A stretch of DNA of 64,000 nucleotides from assembly GCA_964016885.1 (NCBI GenBank), contig OZ024743.1:246574001-246638000 (forward strand). The letters are read 5' to 3'. This DNA comes from Eledone cirrhosa (taxonomy: Eukaryota). The notes under the pieces are model-generated. The model did no database searches and was not told where the DNA came from. It was given only the letters and a program-made list of their open reading frames with translations. The position numbers were made by a program, and so were the translations under genes. Shown here piece by piece: positions 27,133 through 41,386 of the stretch (positions are counted from its first letter, which is position 1; each line of letters begins with the position of its first letter).

Positions 27133-28314
27133 CATGTACTACTCAATTTTGTTTCTCCAGCTGATTGGATCGGAGCAACGTGAAATAAAGTGTTTTGCTC
27201 CAAGTCACCGGAAATCGAGTTTGCGACCTTACGATCGTTAATCGAACACTCTAACCACTGAGCCACCCTGTTGTGTTAGTGTTACAGAAAGATGTGACAA
27301 CAATGTATTCCAACCAAGTGTGTCATTTCATCTATTGTCAGAGCGTTCTATGATTGTGCGGAGATGTGGACGGTACTCCATTGATATCATATTTTATTGA
27401 CCACTGTCAATCCACTGTCCTACATCTATTTTCACTGTGAGCAGAAAAACGACCGAAGACTACATCATTTGTCATTTTAAATAAGGACATATGAGTTCAA
27501 AGTGTGTCCTTGCCAATTCAAAGTGAGATCAAGGATTTCAACAACTTAATAGAATAGCAATTTCAAAATGAGTTTACCACAAAAAGATTTGACTGATATT
27601 TTGAGAGACAGAGCATGAAACAACGCAGTGAAATAATTTAATTATAAGTTTTTATTAGTTCAGTAATGAGGCAAAAATTTTGTATTTTCCAGTAATTTCA
27701 GCTATTAATACGACAATATTACTGATCTACAATCATAACAATCTATGAGCTGACTGACTGCAAGCTCTTGTGTCTGAGTACTTTGTTCAATGATCACTCG
27801 ATGTTGTTTGTCTAGGTATTATATAACAAACGCTGTTAAAAAAAATTATTACTACCTACGAAATACGTTCGTGCAACTATTTTAGATGCAGCACAATCAG
27901 GTTATACTAATGCAATAATTCAATAGAAGACAAGCTATCAAGATTGTGACTTAAATAGAACACTCCTTCTGTTTTGTTTTGTTTATAATGTATTCTCCAA
28001 TTGATAACGTTTTGTTTACTTGACAAGAGCTCACTATGAAATCACTATTCTCACTTTGAAGTGGTATGGCTATTTTGGAGTGCTATGTATTCATTTTGAA
28101 ATTGTTATTCTCACTTTGATCTGACATGTGCCCACTTTGAAATCGTTTTTCTCACTCAGAACATATATATAGAATTGCTAATACTATAGTTTCAGCCTTG
28201 CTTCTTAACAACAGAGAGACATAGTCATTTATAGTTTACACAAACTCGGATGGCGACATGAATATTCATTTACTAAGAACATTACACCGAGTTAGGACAG
28301 ATATGAACTGTGAA

Positions 28315-28590
28315 GGCATGTGGTTTAGTGGTTAGGGTTTTCGGTTCATGCTCGTGAGATCAATTCTCGGTCGTGCATTGTGTCCTTGAGCAAGGCACTC
28401 TATCTCACGTTGCTCCAGTTCACTCAGGTAGAAAAAAAAATGACTTGTACTTATAATTCAAAAAGGGTCACATTGTGTGTTATGCTAAAAATCCTTGAGA
28501 AGTGTTAAAAGTATACGTGTATGTGGAATGCTCAGCTACTTGCACGTTAATTTCACGAGTAGGCTGTTCAGACAACTGGAACAAGCCTCG
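28315..28590 (+). mobile_element. tRNA-derived SINE (family B)
   Basis: Head gtggtttagtggttagggt (A-box-like) and core ttgtgtccttgagcaag..cacgttgctccagt. Related copies lie near 34322 and 56050 (+) and near 14590, 27150, 29250, 41600-42270, 48100 and 62170 (-). Confidence 0.7.
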
Positions 28591-30256
28591 TTGGAGGTCG
28601 AACAGATGTGAGCTACATTAACGGTCGTACTCTTAATATCTATAATTATTCTGTAGGATTGTGGATTGATAGAATTGGTAAAGCGTCAGATAAAATACCA
28701 TTGCAGTATTTTATTTAGCTCTTTACATTCCGCTTTCAAATCCTGCCGAGGTCAACTTTGCCTGTCATTCTTCTGGAGTTGATCAAATAAATTACCAGTC
28801 GAGTGCTGTGGTTGATTTAATCAACTTTTCCCTTCCCCCAAATTTGCTGGCCTGTACCTAAATTAGAAGTCAATAACTATATTTATTCTAATGCCGTGTT
28901 ATTAAGAGTACTAACATAATCGTTTGCGTCTCCGCCATACCTATCTTCCAGTAGTTTCTCCCCCACCATTGTAAATATACTCCAAACACATCCATTACCC
29001 TATTTATATGCAATTGACTGTTCACTTCCTAATCACAAGGTCCCAGATACAATCCAACTGCGTGGCTAAGTTTGAGTTAAAATGGGTGCTCTCGGTGTCA
29101 AGTGAAATGCCGTCTACGGAAGTTCCAGTTCGTGAAATTAACGTGCTGGTGGCTGGGTATTCCACAGACACACGCACCCTTAACGTAGTCCCCAGGAAAA
29201 TTCACTGTAACTCATTTTTTACAAAATTACAACTGAGTGGACAGAAGCAACGTGGAATAAAATGTCTTGCTCAAGAACACAACGAGCTGCCAGGAGTCGA
29301 ACTCACGATCTTACGATCTTGAACCAGACCATCTAACTTCGTTGTTTGGAAATTTAATGATAATTGAGCCACATATCTCTTTTTAAGGAAAGAAATATGG
29401 AAACCAAATCAGCAAATCACTTTAAGAAATATAAACAAAAGACGGATGTGTTAATGTCAAACGAGAAGTAAGGTCAGTGACAGGATCTATTGTTCACACA
29501 TCCTGAGCAATAAATACAAATTCAGAATATTGCTAGCCAACCCACTCTAACGACTTTCCTTTTCCACCAAACAACTGTTCACAGAGTTTCTCTGACTGTT
29601 CCTGTTGAATATTTTCGGCGAATTAGTTGAGTCGTTAGGGGCGTCGGATTAAAAATGCCTCGATATTTGTTCCAGCTAACTGTGCTCTGAGTTCCAATCT
29701 CGCTGAGGTCAACTTTGCTTTTCATCATTTTGAGGTCGATAAATAAAGTGTCAGTCAAGCTCTGGGATGAATGCCCCCCCCCCTCTTTCTCTGAACGAAA
29801 TCTGGTATGTTCCTCATGGTAGGAGATGGGCTTCGCTGTGTGCCTAGACGGCACCTCAACGGCTTCAGGAGTTAAGGGCCCTTTATCTTTAACCCGTTAT
29901 TACTGGGTGCAGTATGGTCGAATGGTTAAGTTCGCTTCACAATGACGAGGTTCTGGTTTCGATCTCATTCCGTTGCATCTTGGACAAGTGTCTTTTATCA
30001 TAGCCTCGAGTCGACCCAAGCTTTGTGAGTGAATTTGAGTTAATAGAAACTTTATGAAAGCCTGTCGGATGAACTGCAATTGTAATTCTAAGTGCCAGCC
30101 TTGTCACGCGTGTCATGCAGAAACTCCCTGAGAATTGTTATAGGTTGACGTCACTGTGAAACACTCATCGTCAAAACCAACGGAGGTTCATTTGCTTTTT
30201 TGTTTTGTTTTTTACTCTTTTATTAAACACACATTGTCAGCTCTATCCATCCATTC

Positions 30257-30450
30257 ATTAATTGTTTCTACTTTTGGCACAAGGCCAGCAATTACCCACA
30301 GCATTACTGGTACTTTATTTTATCGACCCCGTAAGGATGAAAGGCAAAGTTAACCTCGGCGGGATTTGAACTCAGAATGGCAAGTGCCGTAATTCTATGC
30401 GTCAAAGCATGGCATCCGACCCTCTACCGATACTGCCAATCCACCGCTTC
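30257..30450 (-). mobile_element. Family A SINE, near full length
   Basis: Reverse complement of the 44312..44506 copy. Confidence 0.85.
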
Positions 30451-30999
30451 ATTAATAGATTTCCATCTGACCTACATTAAACCAACCAGTGAGGGAGCTA
30501 AGTGGTTGCTCAGTCAGTTAGAAATAGCAGTCATATCCCCCCCCCCCCCTCAAATCACACCCCAACGCGAATACACATTGTATAATATAGTCTTTAATCC
30601 GAAAAAAAAAAAAATAAAACGATTTAGATGATGTACCTTAGACCATGGGTCTGACATGGCTAAACAATATTTTTATCATCACCACCTTATTTAAAGAAAG
30701 AACACATTAGATAATGTAGTTCTAAATATCAATTTAAAAACAACAATATTTACGGCTTTATTTATTTAATCAATTTAAGTGTCCGTGTAAAGCTGGCAAG
30801 TCAATACACCTTAGAAACAAAAAAGAAAAGAAAGGCAAAAAAGGACAGATAAAAATTAGTTAAATATTTCTGTTGTTAAATCTTGAATTGGAAGATCTTA
30901 TTTATGGTATGTATACATGAGGCGGCGAATTGGCAGTGTCGTTAGAAGGTCGGATATAATGTTTTGTGGTATTCGTTCAAACACAACTGTATCTCCTCC

Positions 31000-31260
31000 T
31001 TTGGTTTACTATTTAACCTTTTGCCCAGCTTGAGTTCGCCATAAAAAAATTTTCTTGTGGATGCGTCTGTCACTCATACAAATCATGTGACCTGTCCATC
31101 TTAACTGATTCCTAATAAGCATATCTTGAGTAGATATGACTTTTACCCTAGCAAGAATCTCAGTGTCTGGAACGAATGTGTTCCAGCTTATCTTGAGTAT
31201 ATGCCGGAGGCATTTTTGGTGAAACTGCTCCAACATTTTAACATGCCGTGTTTACAACGT
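31000..31260 (-). mobile_element. RTE-BovB-like LINE fragment
   Basis: LEQFHQKCLRHILKISWNTFVPDTEIL...QLRWTGHMICMSDRRIHKKI. Confidence 0.75.
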
Positions 31261-31393
31261 CCATATATATCTAAACTATAATAAAGTATATATAATAATA
31301 ATAAGCAAGAAAGACGGTTTCATTTATACATCCCTATGTGCTTTACATCTGTTCGGTAGATTTTCAATCAACCAACTTTCTTCAATTGAATAA

Positions 31394-31482
<89 letters not shown>

Positions 31483-31543
31483 ATCCTTATCGAGCCCTCT
31501 TCGGATTTTAGTATTCACATTTAATATTACTATATATATATAA

Positions 31544-31905
31544 AATAACAGGAGACTGGACTGGTGTAAATCCTTGAAAGGTTTATTATGCTATGATCAT
31601 TTCAATGACCGGGTTCAGTATGAATAATCAGGTATTCAAAATATAACAAAGGAATATAACAGATAAAATCCATGGGGCTGAAAATCAGAGACAAGAGGAC
31701 GACCGACTATTTAGCAGCTTCTACCTCAGTCGTATTTTAGCTGCTAAATAGTCGGTCGTCCTCTTGTCTCTGATTTTCAGCCCCATGGATTTTATCTTAT
31801 ATTTTGAATACCTGATTATTCATACTGAACCCGGTCATTGAAATGATCATAGTATAATAAACCTTTCAAGGATTTACACCAGTCCAGTCTCCTGTTATTC
31901 TATAA
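31544..31905. repeat. Fold-back palindrome of the 19784 repeat
   Basis: Arms meet at gaccgactatttagcagct-[loop]-agctgctaaatagtcggtc. Confidence 0.88.
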
Positions 31906-32047
31906 TAATTAACTCCGTACTCGCACCACCAACTACACAAACGAAGACGGGTGAGTTGCATTACGTTGAGTACTCTCCATAATATTACATCGAGATTGAC
32001 CATTCGGAATTATCAGTTCTATCCAGTGGTGAACCAACAAACCTAAA

Positions 32048-32618
32048 TAAATATAGACATTCATGTGATCAAATATATTTTTTTATATATATTTCAGAGG
32101 TACTGTGCTGTTTCCTCAGTACGTCCTCATCAGATAAAATAAATTGATGTAAGTAAAATACATAAACACATCAGTACATAACTATTAAATATTTAAATAA
32201 TTAAATATGTAAATATCCGTATTAGAGAAAAAAACAAATGAGAGAGAGAGAACTAAATCATGTTTTTTTTCTCTAATACGGATATTTACATATTTAATTA
32301 TTTAAATATTTAACAGTTATGTACTGATGTGTTTATGTATTTTACTTAACTATATATGTATTTATTTTATTTTTTCTACACATTTTCCTACGTACCCTCT
32401 CAATTATATGTAGTTTGTCATGTTACTGCTTATGGTATATAAATATTGAGTTTTGTCATAACTAATCACTGCCAAGACTGGAATTGAACCATCAACACAG
32501 GTGAGGTATGTCAGACATCAATTTATTTTATCTGATGAGGACGTACTGAGGAAACAGCACAGTACCTCTGAAATATATATAATAAAATATATTTGATCAC
32601 ATGAATGTCTATATTTAT
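32048..32618. repeat. Nested inverted repeats (A-B-B'-x-A') with a degenerate hammerhead-like core
   Basis: 32048..32150 is inverted at 32516..32618, and 32150..32235 is inverted at about 32264..32347. The core reads CTGATGA..GAAA-cag..ctg. Confidence 0.8.
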
Positions 32619-32732
32619 TAATATTTTGAATTAATATTAATAACTCCAAAAAACTTCTTTGTTGAGTGATTCTAATCTATTGTAAAACTATATTCATTGA
32701 TTAATCAATGAACCTTGTTTAACTTTTGGTTA

Positions 32733-32847
32733 TATATATATATAAAAAACAGAGAATGTCTGTCTGACTCCCTAAAACTCGAGAACCACCCAACCGATTG
32801 TTTTCAAACTTTACACATGTACTACTTATGGCCCTGTGAGTGTTTTG

Positions 32848-32891
<44 letters not shown>

Positions 32892-33037
32892 TATATTCGT
32901 GTACAGATATTTTTGCATACACAATAACAAAATATAAATAAACGTATTTATTTCACGAGGCTCGATAAGGATAAATATATATCAAATATATAAGAACCCT
33001 GGAGCAAATCCCGAGCAACGCCAGGCCATTCTGCTAG
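32733..33037 (+). mobile_element. Non-autonomous Helitron, copy 1
   Basis: 5' end tatataaaaaacagagaatgtctgtctg; 3' subterminal hairpin cccgagcaacgccagg followed by CTAG|T. Confidence 0.7.
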
Positions 33038-33038
33038 T

Positions 33039-33609
33039 ATATATCTAAAACAGAGAATGTTTGTCTGTCTGACTCCCTAAATCTCGAGAACCACCCAACT
33101 GATTTTTTTCAAACTTTACACATGTATGGTCGTGTGAGTGTTTTGATGTTTTTAGTTTCAGAAGGTCCCGTTAAGAGTGAAAGCAGCGATTCTTTGCTTA
33201 AACTTTAATCTGTTATTTTAATATATATTTTTCACACGGGCAACTATACGTTGGCTGCTCAAGAGTGGGAAGCAAGACAAATCTGTTTGCATATGCCCGA
33301 CACGGAAGAACAAAGAACATTGTGTACAAGGAGGTGTTACAATCATTTTTTTAGGTAGACGAGGCAGAAGGGGATATACACGATTGGCTGAAGACGGACG
33401 AGACTGTGTTAGTAGTACGACCAACGGCTGCTATCACACCAACAGCAGCAAAAAACAACAACAAAAAAGAGATGGAACGCAATTACATGCTTTTGAAAAA
33501 TCTTAATGGAAAATTATTTGCCTATTCACGACGAAACTGTTTCAGAAAGGAGAGATAAACATGCCAATCTATGTTTAGAATCCCGAGCAACGCCGGGTCA
33601 TTCTGCTAG
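33039..33609 (+). mobile_element. Non-autonomous Helitron, copy 2, with a PIF1-helicase C-terminal remnant
   Basis: Same termini as copy 1 (cccgagcaacgccggg..CTAG|T). 33229..33342 translates as FSHGQLYVGCSRVGSKTNLFAYARHGRTKNIVYKEVLQ. Confidence 0.85.
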
Positions 33610-33610
33610 T

Positions 33611-33976
33611 ATATTGCTAAAATTAGGCGAGTGCTTGCTCACTTGCCTGTAATATAATACAGCCAAAAGGGCGCATAATGGGAAAATACTTTGAAAGGAA
33701 GTTGACCCTGAAATGGGAATACAATGGAATAAATCAATTCGTGTAAATCGGTACACGGGTTCGCGAGATACGGCTTTTTCCGGGTAGCTTCATAGAGAGA
33801 GAGAGAGAAGGACAGAGAGAAAGAGATAGTGGTTGTGAGAGAGTAAATTGAAAGAGAGACATAGAGAGAGAGAGAGAGACAGAGAAGGAGAATGGACGAG
33901 AGCTGGTGTTGTGGTGTATATATATATGTGCGCGTGCGTATATGTGTTTACGGCCAGTGTATAGATCACAGACACC

Positions 33977-34026
<50 letters not shown>

Positions 34027-34175
34027 TTTATATGTATATATATATGGACCTTCCAGTTTCATTTCACATTATATACGTCTGTGAATATTTTAATTATTTA
34101 AAAAATATTTTGAAGTGAACATAATTTTAAAAATATTTTGAAGTGAACGTGACCCAACGTGTTACGGGTGGTCTA

Positions 34176-34176
<1 letters not shown>
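33611..34176 (+). mobile_element. Probable third Helitron derivative (different family)
   Basis: Ends acccaacgtgttacgggt-ggt-CTAG|T, followed by (TA)n. Confidence 0.55.
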
Positions 34177-34235
<59 letters not shown>

Positions 34236-35889
34236 ATGTTATGTTAATGGAATAAAGTTATACTATAACAATAAAGTTGTGTTTAACATTGAAGATGTGT
34301 CTCACGTCGTGAATGTAGGTGACGGTGTGGTTAGAGTGATAGGTTCACGATCGTTAGGTTGTGAGTTTTATTCTCGGACAGGATAGCGCATTGTGTCCTT
34401 GGGCAAGATACTTTATTTCACGTTCCTCCAGTTCAGGTAGGTGGTAAAAATGAGTACTGTCGACACTGGTGCCAAGCTATATCGGCCTTTGCTTTTCCCT
34501 CGGACAATGGTGGCGTGAAGAAGACAGTCTTGCATGCATCGGTGATTGCTAGTCTGTGTGTAACACACTGAAGTTGTGTCGGCGCAATAAAGCTATGATT
34601 ACCACAGAAAACTTGTGTAAACGAGAAGCTAGAGCAATGCTGTGTTAACTCTTTTCATACCAAACTGTACCTAGTACTACAATACGAAACTGTTTGTTTT
34701 GATATGTCTATATTCATCTAAAAATCTTCCATCATAATTTTATGCCAGAACCTTTGTTAAGTTATGTTCCAAACATCAGCTTAGTAATGTTGATATTTAG
34801 AAAATCATAGGCAGCGTATTTTCATTAGAAACGTGACAATGAAAAGGTTAACGTATTAAATTAACTGAAGTTATGTTGGTGTAATTACGTTGTATTTGCC
34901 GTAATAAAGTCTTGTTAAAACAATGTAGTTGTTTTAAAATGTTTATATTTAATTTAAAAAAAAACAACTTTCGTCATAATTTTATTTAAGAACCTTTATG
35001 TTCCAAACACCATCACAATATACGAGAAAGTTATATCACTAAATCCATTCAAATTCTTAGGCAGTTGTTTTAAAGTCTAAAGTGTAGTAGCAAAAGAGTG
35101 CTGTGTAAACATATCACAGTATTGAAAGTGAAGTTGTTATTCATGAGAAACGCCAGACTGGAATCAATAGCAGCTACTATTGGTTATGATCTTGTGCTGA
35201 AGATTATAAAACACACCCATGCCAACTATATAATACATGTATAACACATGGATACATACGCACGGTCAGTGTTGGAAATTAAATTGATACCAGATAGAAT
35301 TTCAAGTAATTTTTAATAACTCTCCTTAAAAATAGCTCTCACTAAGGTTGGCAATAAGCTCTAACAAAATAAATTCTCACTACCAGATTTAGCTGCCTCC
35401 ATTAAACTTTCATTAGCTTCACCATCTTTCACAGCCTCTATCCATTTTCAAATCTCTGAGGCATTCCCGGGTACGTTCTTCTGTGATACTTTGTGACGAT
35501 CCAAGAAGAAAAATACACATTTTTTGAAATACCATAAAAAGGGTAATTTATTTGAAGCATATCTATACCTCCTTTTGATATCTAACTGCCCTTGGGAATA
35601 AGCAAAAAAAAAAAAAAAAAAAAAAAATCAGTTTAAAAGTTTCTATCACTTTTTCCCTGTTCACCGTTGTGTCATTAATAATTTGTTTGATACACTTAAA
35701 CGTTTGAACATGGTGGTCTCTTGTTACTATATTTCTAATTGATAGATATTGCCCACAATTTAAAAATAATCAAGAATTTAGAGAGATTGAATAACAATAC
35801 ATTCATTAAGCTGGTGTTTGGAACAAAGGTTTTTACTTAAAATTGTGACGTAAGATATTTTAGCAGATGTGGAGGAACGCGTCTGGGGT

Positions 35890-36740
35890 TCTCTCTTTAG
35901 AGAGGTGTATCCTCGCGTGGTGGAGTGAATACTTTGCTGACCTTCTGATCCCAATCACAACAGCATCTTCTGATGAACACGAGGTACATCTGGGAACGGT
36001 GACTAATCTCTCTGAGACAGGTCACAAGAGCAGTTACAGAGCTCAAATGAGGCAAGGCCGCTGGGGAAGATGAAATCAGACCAGAGATGTTAAAAATCTT
36101 AAATAGAGAAGGTATTCTCTGGCTGACTTGTGTGTACCGGGTAGCCTGGATCACTGGAAAAACACCCAAGCAATCAGGCAATCAGGAGTGATAATCCCAA
36201 TTTAAAAAAATGGAGACAAGAGAGATTGTTCCAATTACAGAGGATTTCCTAGTTAAGCCTATGCTAAGTGTCTAGCAAAGGGGACTGATGAGTCCATGCT
36301 AGCGGATGAACAGTGTCGTTTTCACCCCAGACGCAGCACAGCCGACCAAATATTCACACTGTGGCAGGTCTTCGAGAAATTGTGGGAGTATTGCCAAGAG
36401 GTATATGCTTGTTTTGTAGACCTCGAAAAGTTATATGACTGCGTTCCTCGGGACCTGCTGTGGAAAGTTCTACAGGAGTATGGGATTAATGGTCAACTTC
36501 TTGCTGCCCTGATGTCGTTATATGAATGCCTGAGTATTTGTGTTTGGATAAATGGTGCTAAATCAAAATCATTCAATGCGGGAGTTGGACTCAGCCAAGG
36601 GTTCGTACTGTCACCTCTTCTGTTCATTATTTACATGAACATGATTGGCATGCACAGCTGGGTTGGAAGTGCTATCATGACTGGCGGGTGGAAAAATTCA
36701 AGTATCTCGGGACCCTGTTCACAACTGATGGAAGAATTTG
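35890..36740 (+). mobile_element. RTE-clade LINE reverse transcriptase fragment (pseudogene)
   Basis: GKAAGEDEIRPEMLK, EQCRFHPRRSTADQIFTL, FVDLEKLYDCVPR and GLSQGFVLSPLLFIIYM, with frameshifts and deletions. Confidence 0.88.
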
Positions 36741-37210
36741 GAGCGTCTTATCTAAAATTATTCATTATTTCATTATTAAGATGGTATTTGTCACAACAAA
36801 ATGTTCTTATATCAAATTATGCTGGAAGGTTTTAATTGAAATTAAAGCTCTTTAAAATGGGTTGTTTTGTTTCATAGAACTAGAGCTGGTTTAGATTGGC
36901 TTGGTATCAAGAGGATTGATGAAGAATTTGAAAAGACCCACTAAAACAGAAACCCTTTAAAATGGGTAGTTTTGGCCAGTCACTGAAGAATTTGGAGAGA
37001 CTTACTAGAGTTAATGTAGAGTTTAGAGAGTCCTACTAAAAATAGGATCCTTATAAAATGGGTAGTTTTATTTCATAGAACTAGGGGATGTTGACCAGGT
37101 TGGTATTAAAAGGATTAAAGTGTAATAAATGCTGTTAAAAGAATTTTTACAATAAAACAAAACAACAACATGGAAGAAAAAGAAGTGAAGAAATTCCTTG
37201 TAAAAATATC

Positions 37211-37216
37211 TTTATT
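37211..37216 (-). terminator. Candidate polyadenylation signal of WAPL
   Basis: AATAAA on the minus strand followed by a T/GT-rich tract (about 37150-37200). It implies a ~2.9-kb 3' UTR. Confidence 0.4.
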
Positions 37217-37853
37217 GTGCAGAAACTACATTAGATGAACATTTACACCTACAGATACAGTTGCACCAAAATGGTAAAGAGGAGAGAGAGTAGTTGATAC
37301 AGCTGACCCCCACCACCCCCTGTGTAGCTCTTCACAATAACGCTGTTGTTTTGGCCATTCTCTTCATTGTCACTGCTTTTCTTTTACAAAACAGTTAACG
37401 CTGCAGAGAAGTGCATAGATCAACCACCCCACCACCCACCTACCTGCCCAACCGACCCAACCCAGCCCAGCCCATCCCACCTGCCTTGAAAAACAGACAA
37501 TAATAATAATTATTATAATAATAAAAAGTGGGGTGGGGAAGCAGGGAAAGTGAAAGTATTCCCTGGTTTTGCCACTTAAAAAAAAAATAATGATAAATGG
37601 CACATTTAATATAGTTCTCAGTATTTTGATGAAATATTATTTCATTAGTAGCCCCTGTACAGTATTTGATTCACCACCCCCCGTGTTGCCCCATATTTTA
37701 AAAATGTTTATTCTATCATCATCATCGTCATCATCATTTTATGTCCGGTTATTTATTATTTTTTTCCATGATTGCATGGATTTATAGTAATTTTTTTTCT
37801 TCTTCACACAATGCATATTTATATGAAATGCAGAGATGCATACAATTGCACTT

Positions 37854-37898
<45 letters not shown>

Positions 37899-40151
37899 CA
37901 CATATATATATATACACACAAACATATACACATATATATATATATATACACACACACACATATATATGTATTTGTACACTGGCACACTCATATATATATA
38001 TACATACATACATACATATATATATATATATAGAAAGAGAGAGAGAGAAACTCATTTACATAACACACACGCAGATATACACATATAAAACAGATGCAGC
38101 TATACATGCAGTAAGTAAAAACTGTATGATGTACATTAAATTTTAATTACATATGCACATTAGAGCCATGCCAAGGAGGGCAGAATGAAGATGAAATATG
38201 CTTGAACAATTTACAAAAAAAAAAAAAAACAATAGGTTAGAAACTTTTTTATTTCTTGGTTTTGGTTTTGTGAGAACAACTATGATAATAATAATAATAA
38301 GGGTTTCTAATTTAGCCACAAGGCCAGCAATTTTGGGGAGCGAGAGGGATAAGTCAATTACATTGACCCTAATACTTGATTGATGATGATAATAATAATA
38401 ATTAAAATAATTCTTTCTAACATTGGCACAAGGCCCAGTAATTTGAAGGAAGGGGAAAGTCAATTTTATTGACCCCAGTTGTTGGCAGGTACTTTATTTC
38501 ATCAAGTAAAAGTGATAGTAAATAATTTCAAACACAGGCCACAAATTTTGGAGAGAGGGAAGAAGGTTTATTCTATTAAATCGACCACAATGCTTGATTG
38601 GTATCTTATCTTATCTTAACCTTGGTGAGATTTGAAATCCAAACATAAAGAGCCGTAAGTAAATACTGTAACGTATTTTTGTCTGACACGTTAACAGTTC
38701 TGCCAATCCACTTCCCTTTACTATATCGACCCCAGTACTTTACTGGTACTTTATTTTATTGACCTCGAAAGGACGAACGGCAAAGTTGACCGTGACAGGA
38801 TTTGAATTCAGAATACAAAGAGCCAGCAAAAATAACGAAAGGCATTTTGTGTCCAATCTACTATCATAATATTATTAATTGTTACTAAAATAGGCACAAG
38901 GCCAGAAATTTTAGAGGAGGGCTTACTTGATTAAATCGACAAAAGTACATTACTGGTAACAAGCAATAATGATTTTTAATTTAGGCACAAGGCCGGCAAT
39001 TTCCGGGGGAAGGAGAAAATTGATTAAACCGACCCCAATTCTTCACTGGGTACTTTATTTTACCAACTCTGGAAGGAAGAAAGACAAAGTTGTCCTTGGA
39101 AGGATTCATATTTTGTCCAATGCTTTAACAATTCTGCCAATCCAATGCCCTTAAGTGATAATAATAATGATTTCTACTATAGGCACAAGGCCAGCATTTC
39201 GGAGGGAGGAGTGGAAAGTGGACCAAATTGACCCCAGTGCATCACTGGGGCTTTATTTTATCAACCCCGCAAGGATGAAAGGCAAAGCTAACCTCAGCGG
39301 GAATAACCAAGGCCTGCAATTTGTGGGGGAGGAGATAATTGACCTGATTATCTGACTGGTACTTTTAATGATGATAATGATTTTGGTGATTGAATCCTCA
39401 GGTATTGAGGGAAGGAAGGAGTTTATAGGGATATCTCAGCCTATAGTATATGTATATGGAGGGTGGGTATATCAGAGAGAAAGGCACGCAATGGAGGAGT
39501 AATAGTAGGAGGGAAGGAGAAAAGGTAGAGAGAAGTAAAAGACAAATCGTTTAGGGGAGGGGGAGGAGAGAGAAACAACAAAAATAAAATAACATAAAAA
39601 ATGAATGAACAGCGTTTTTAAAAAGGGAGTAGGAGTGATGGAAATATTAAAAGATGATAAAAGATGATTCGAAGGTTCCTAGTTTTGCAAGGGTCTTTTA
39701 TATTTACCTGTTTTTGTTTTTAGTCAGCAGAAAAAACTCAAATAATTATGGTTGTGCATGTGTGAGAGAAATAGAGGGAGTCAGCGGGGAGGAGGAAGAA
39801 GGGAATGGAGAGAGAAGGGGAGGCATTATAACAAGGGTCAAGAGGCTGGTTTAAAATAAAGTGAAATTGTGTGTGTAAGAGGAGGGAGGGAGGAAGAGCA
39901 TTTTCTTTTGGCTGTATTTTTTTTCCACTTGTGATTATATTTTTTTTAAAGGAATCTCTGTGAAGCACTTATTGAATGAGGCAACATGTTGGAGACTTGA
40001 TGTATACAATGAAATGATGTTGATGACAAAGTAATGAACTCTTGGCATGGCTAAAAAAAAATATAGCATTAAAAAAAATGGAGAGAGAGAGGAGCAGAGG
40101 AACAAGGGTGGGATTTCAGTAAAATACAAGCAGAAGTCACTGCAGATTTAT

Positions 40152-40217
40152 TTAACAAGCCTCCAGAGTCTCGATGACTCGAGCAATTGAGCGACTTCCT
40201 GATCCTCCAGAAGCACT
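40152..40217 (-). CDS. WAPL: WAPL last coding exon
   Basis: cag|SASGGSGSRSIARVIETLEAC*, resembling the WAPL C-terminus (KSISRVIEYLEHC). Confidence 0.9.
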   Translation of the reverse strand, partial: SASGGSGSRSIARVIETLEAC

Positions 40218-41386
40218 CTGTAAAACAACACAGAAAATAGGTTAGAAAGGAGAAACAATTGCAAAAATATAATAAAAGCTAACAAACAACATCTTAACCT
40301 TTTTAATATCAAACTGCTTGAAATTGCCAATGATTCTATGTATGATAGAAAACTGTTTATTTTATGTAAGAACATTTTGTTAAGTTATGTTCCAAACACC
40401 AGTTTAATAATGAAGAAATTTGTTATAATACTAAATCCCTCCAAAGTCTTGATCAGTTTCAAAATTATTTGAAAATCATTGGCTGTATCTTTCATGGAAG
40501 ATATGAAAGGGTTAAAGAACTTGGCTTTAGTGTGATTCTGTCCTAATTTATTGGTTCTAATCTATTGAAAAAGGAGCTAATTGTCATATTGGATCAAGGA
40601 AATTATGTTTTTCTATTATTGATACTATCTTCTACAGAAGGTCAATGAAATAACTTTGTGAACATAAACAAATGTCTCTGCTCTAAATGTTATCAACATG
40701 AAGATACATGAGGAAAACACACACATATATATACAACAAGCTTCTTTTCAGTTTCTGCCTACCAAATTCAACCACAAGGCATTGGTTGGCCTAAGGTTTT
40801 AGTAGAAGACACACAGCTATATATGTGCTTATATATACCCCTAAAAAAGCAAGATGATCACAGCTAAAATGCATTCGACCTTAAGATCTATTTGATTAAG
40901 GCTAAACAATAACAATTACAAAAGTAAGTCTTATTTTTCAGCCATCTATAGCAAATTGTAAACACATATGGTTGCTTATAGGACCTATTGTTGACATAAA
41001 ATATATGGTTAAAATTGTTTAGGAATGCAAGTTAAAAAACAAAACAGTTTAAACTTTTACCTTTACTGTCTGACCCATGCAAACATGGAAAAACGGACAA
41101 AAATTATTCATGATATTTTGGATTTAACTCCGAAATATGAAATAAAAGATAAAACTGTAATCTATTGTTTACTTTCACTTGACTCTTCTTTTCACTACTC
41201 TATTTCTAATTTGCATTATACTGGCTTTCTTTCTTACAATTTCAACCACATATCTCACAATGCCTCACAACTTTGTTTCAAAATTCCTAGGAGCAGCAGT
41301 GGTATATGAAAAAATCAACAACAGGTAATTAAAACAAGAGAAAACACTAGAATAGTGTTATGTGTGAACAAAAGGCAGAAACTTAC

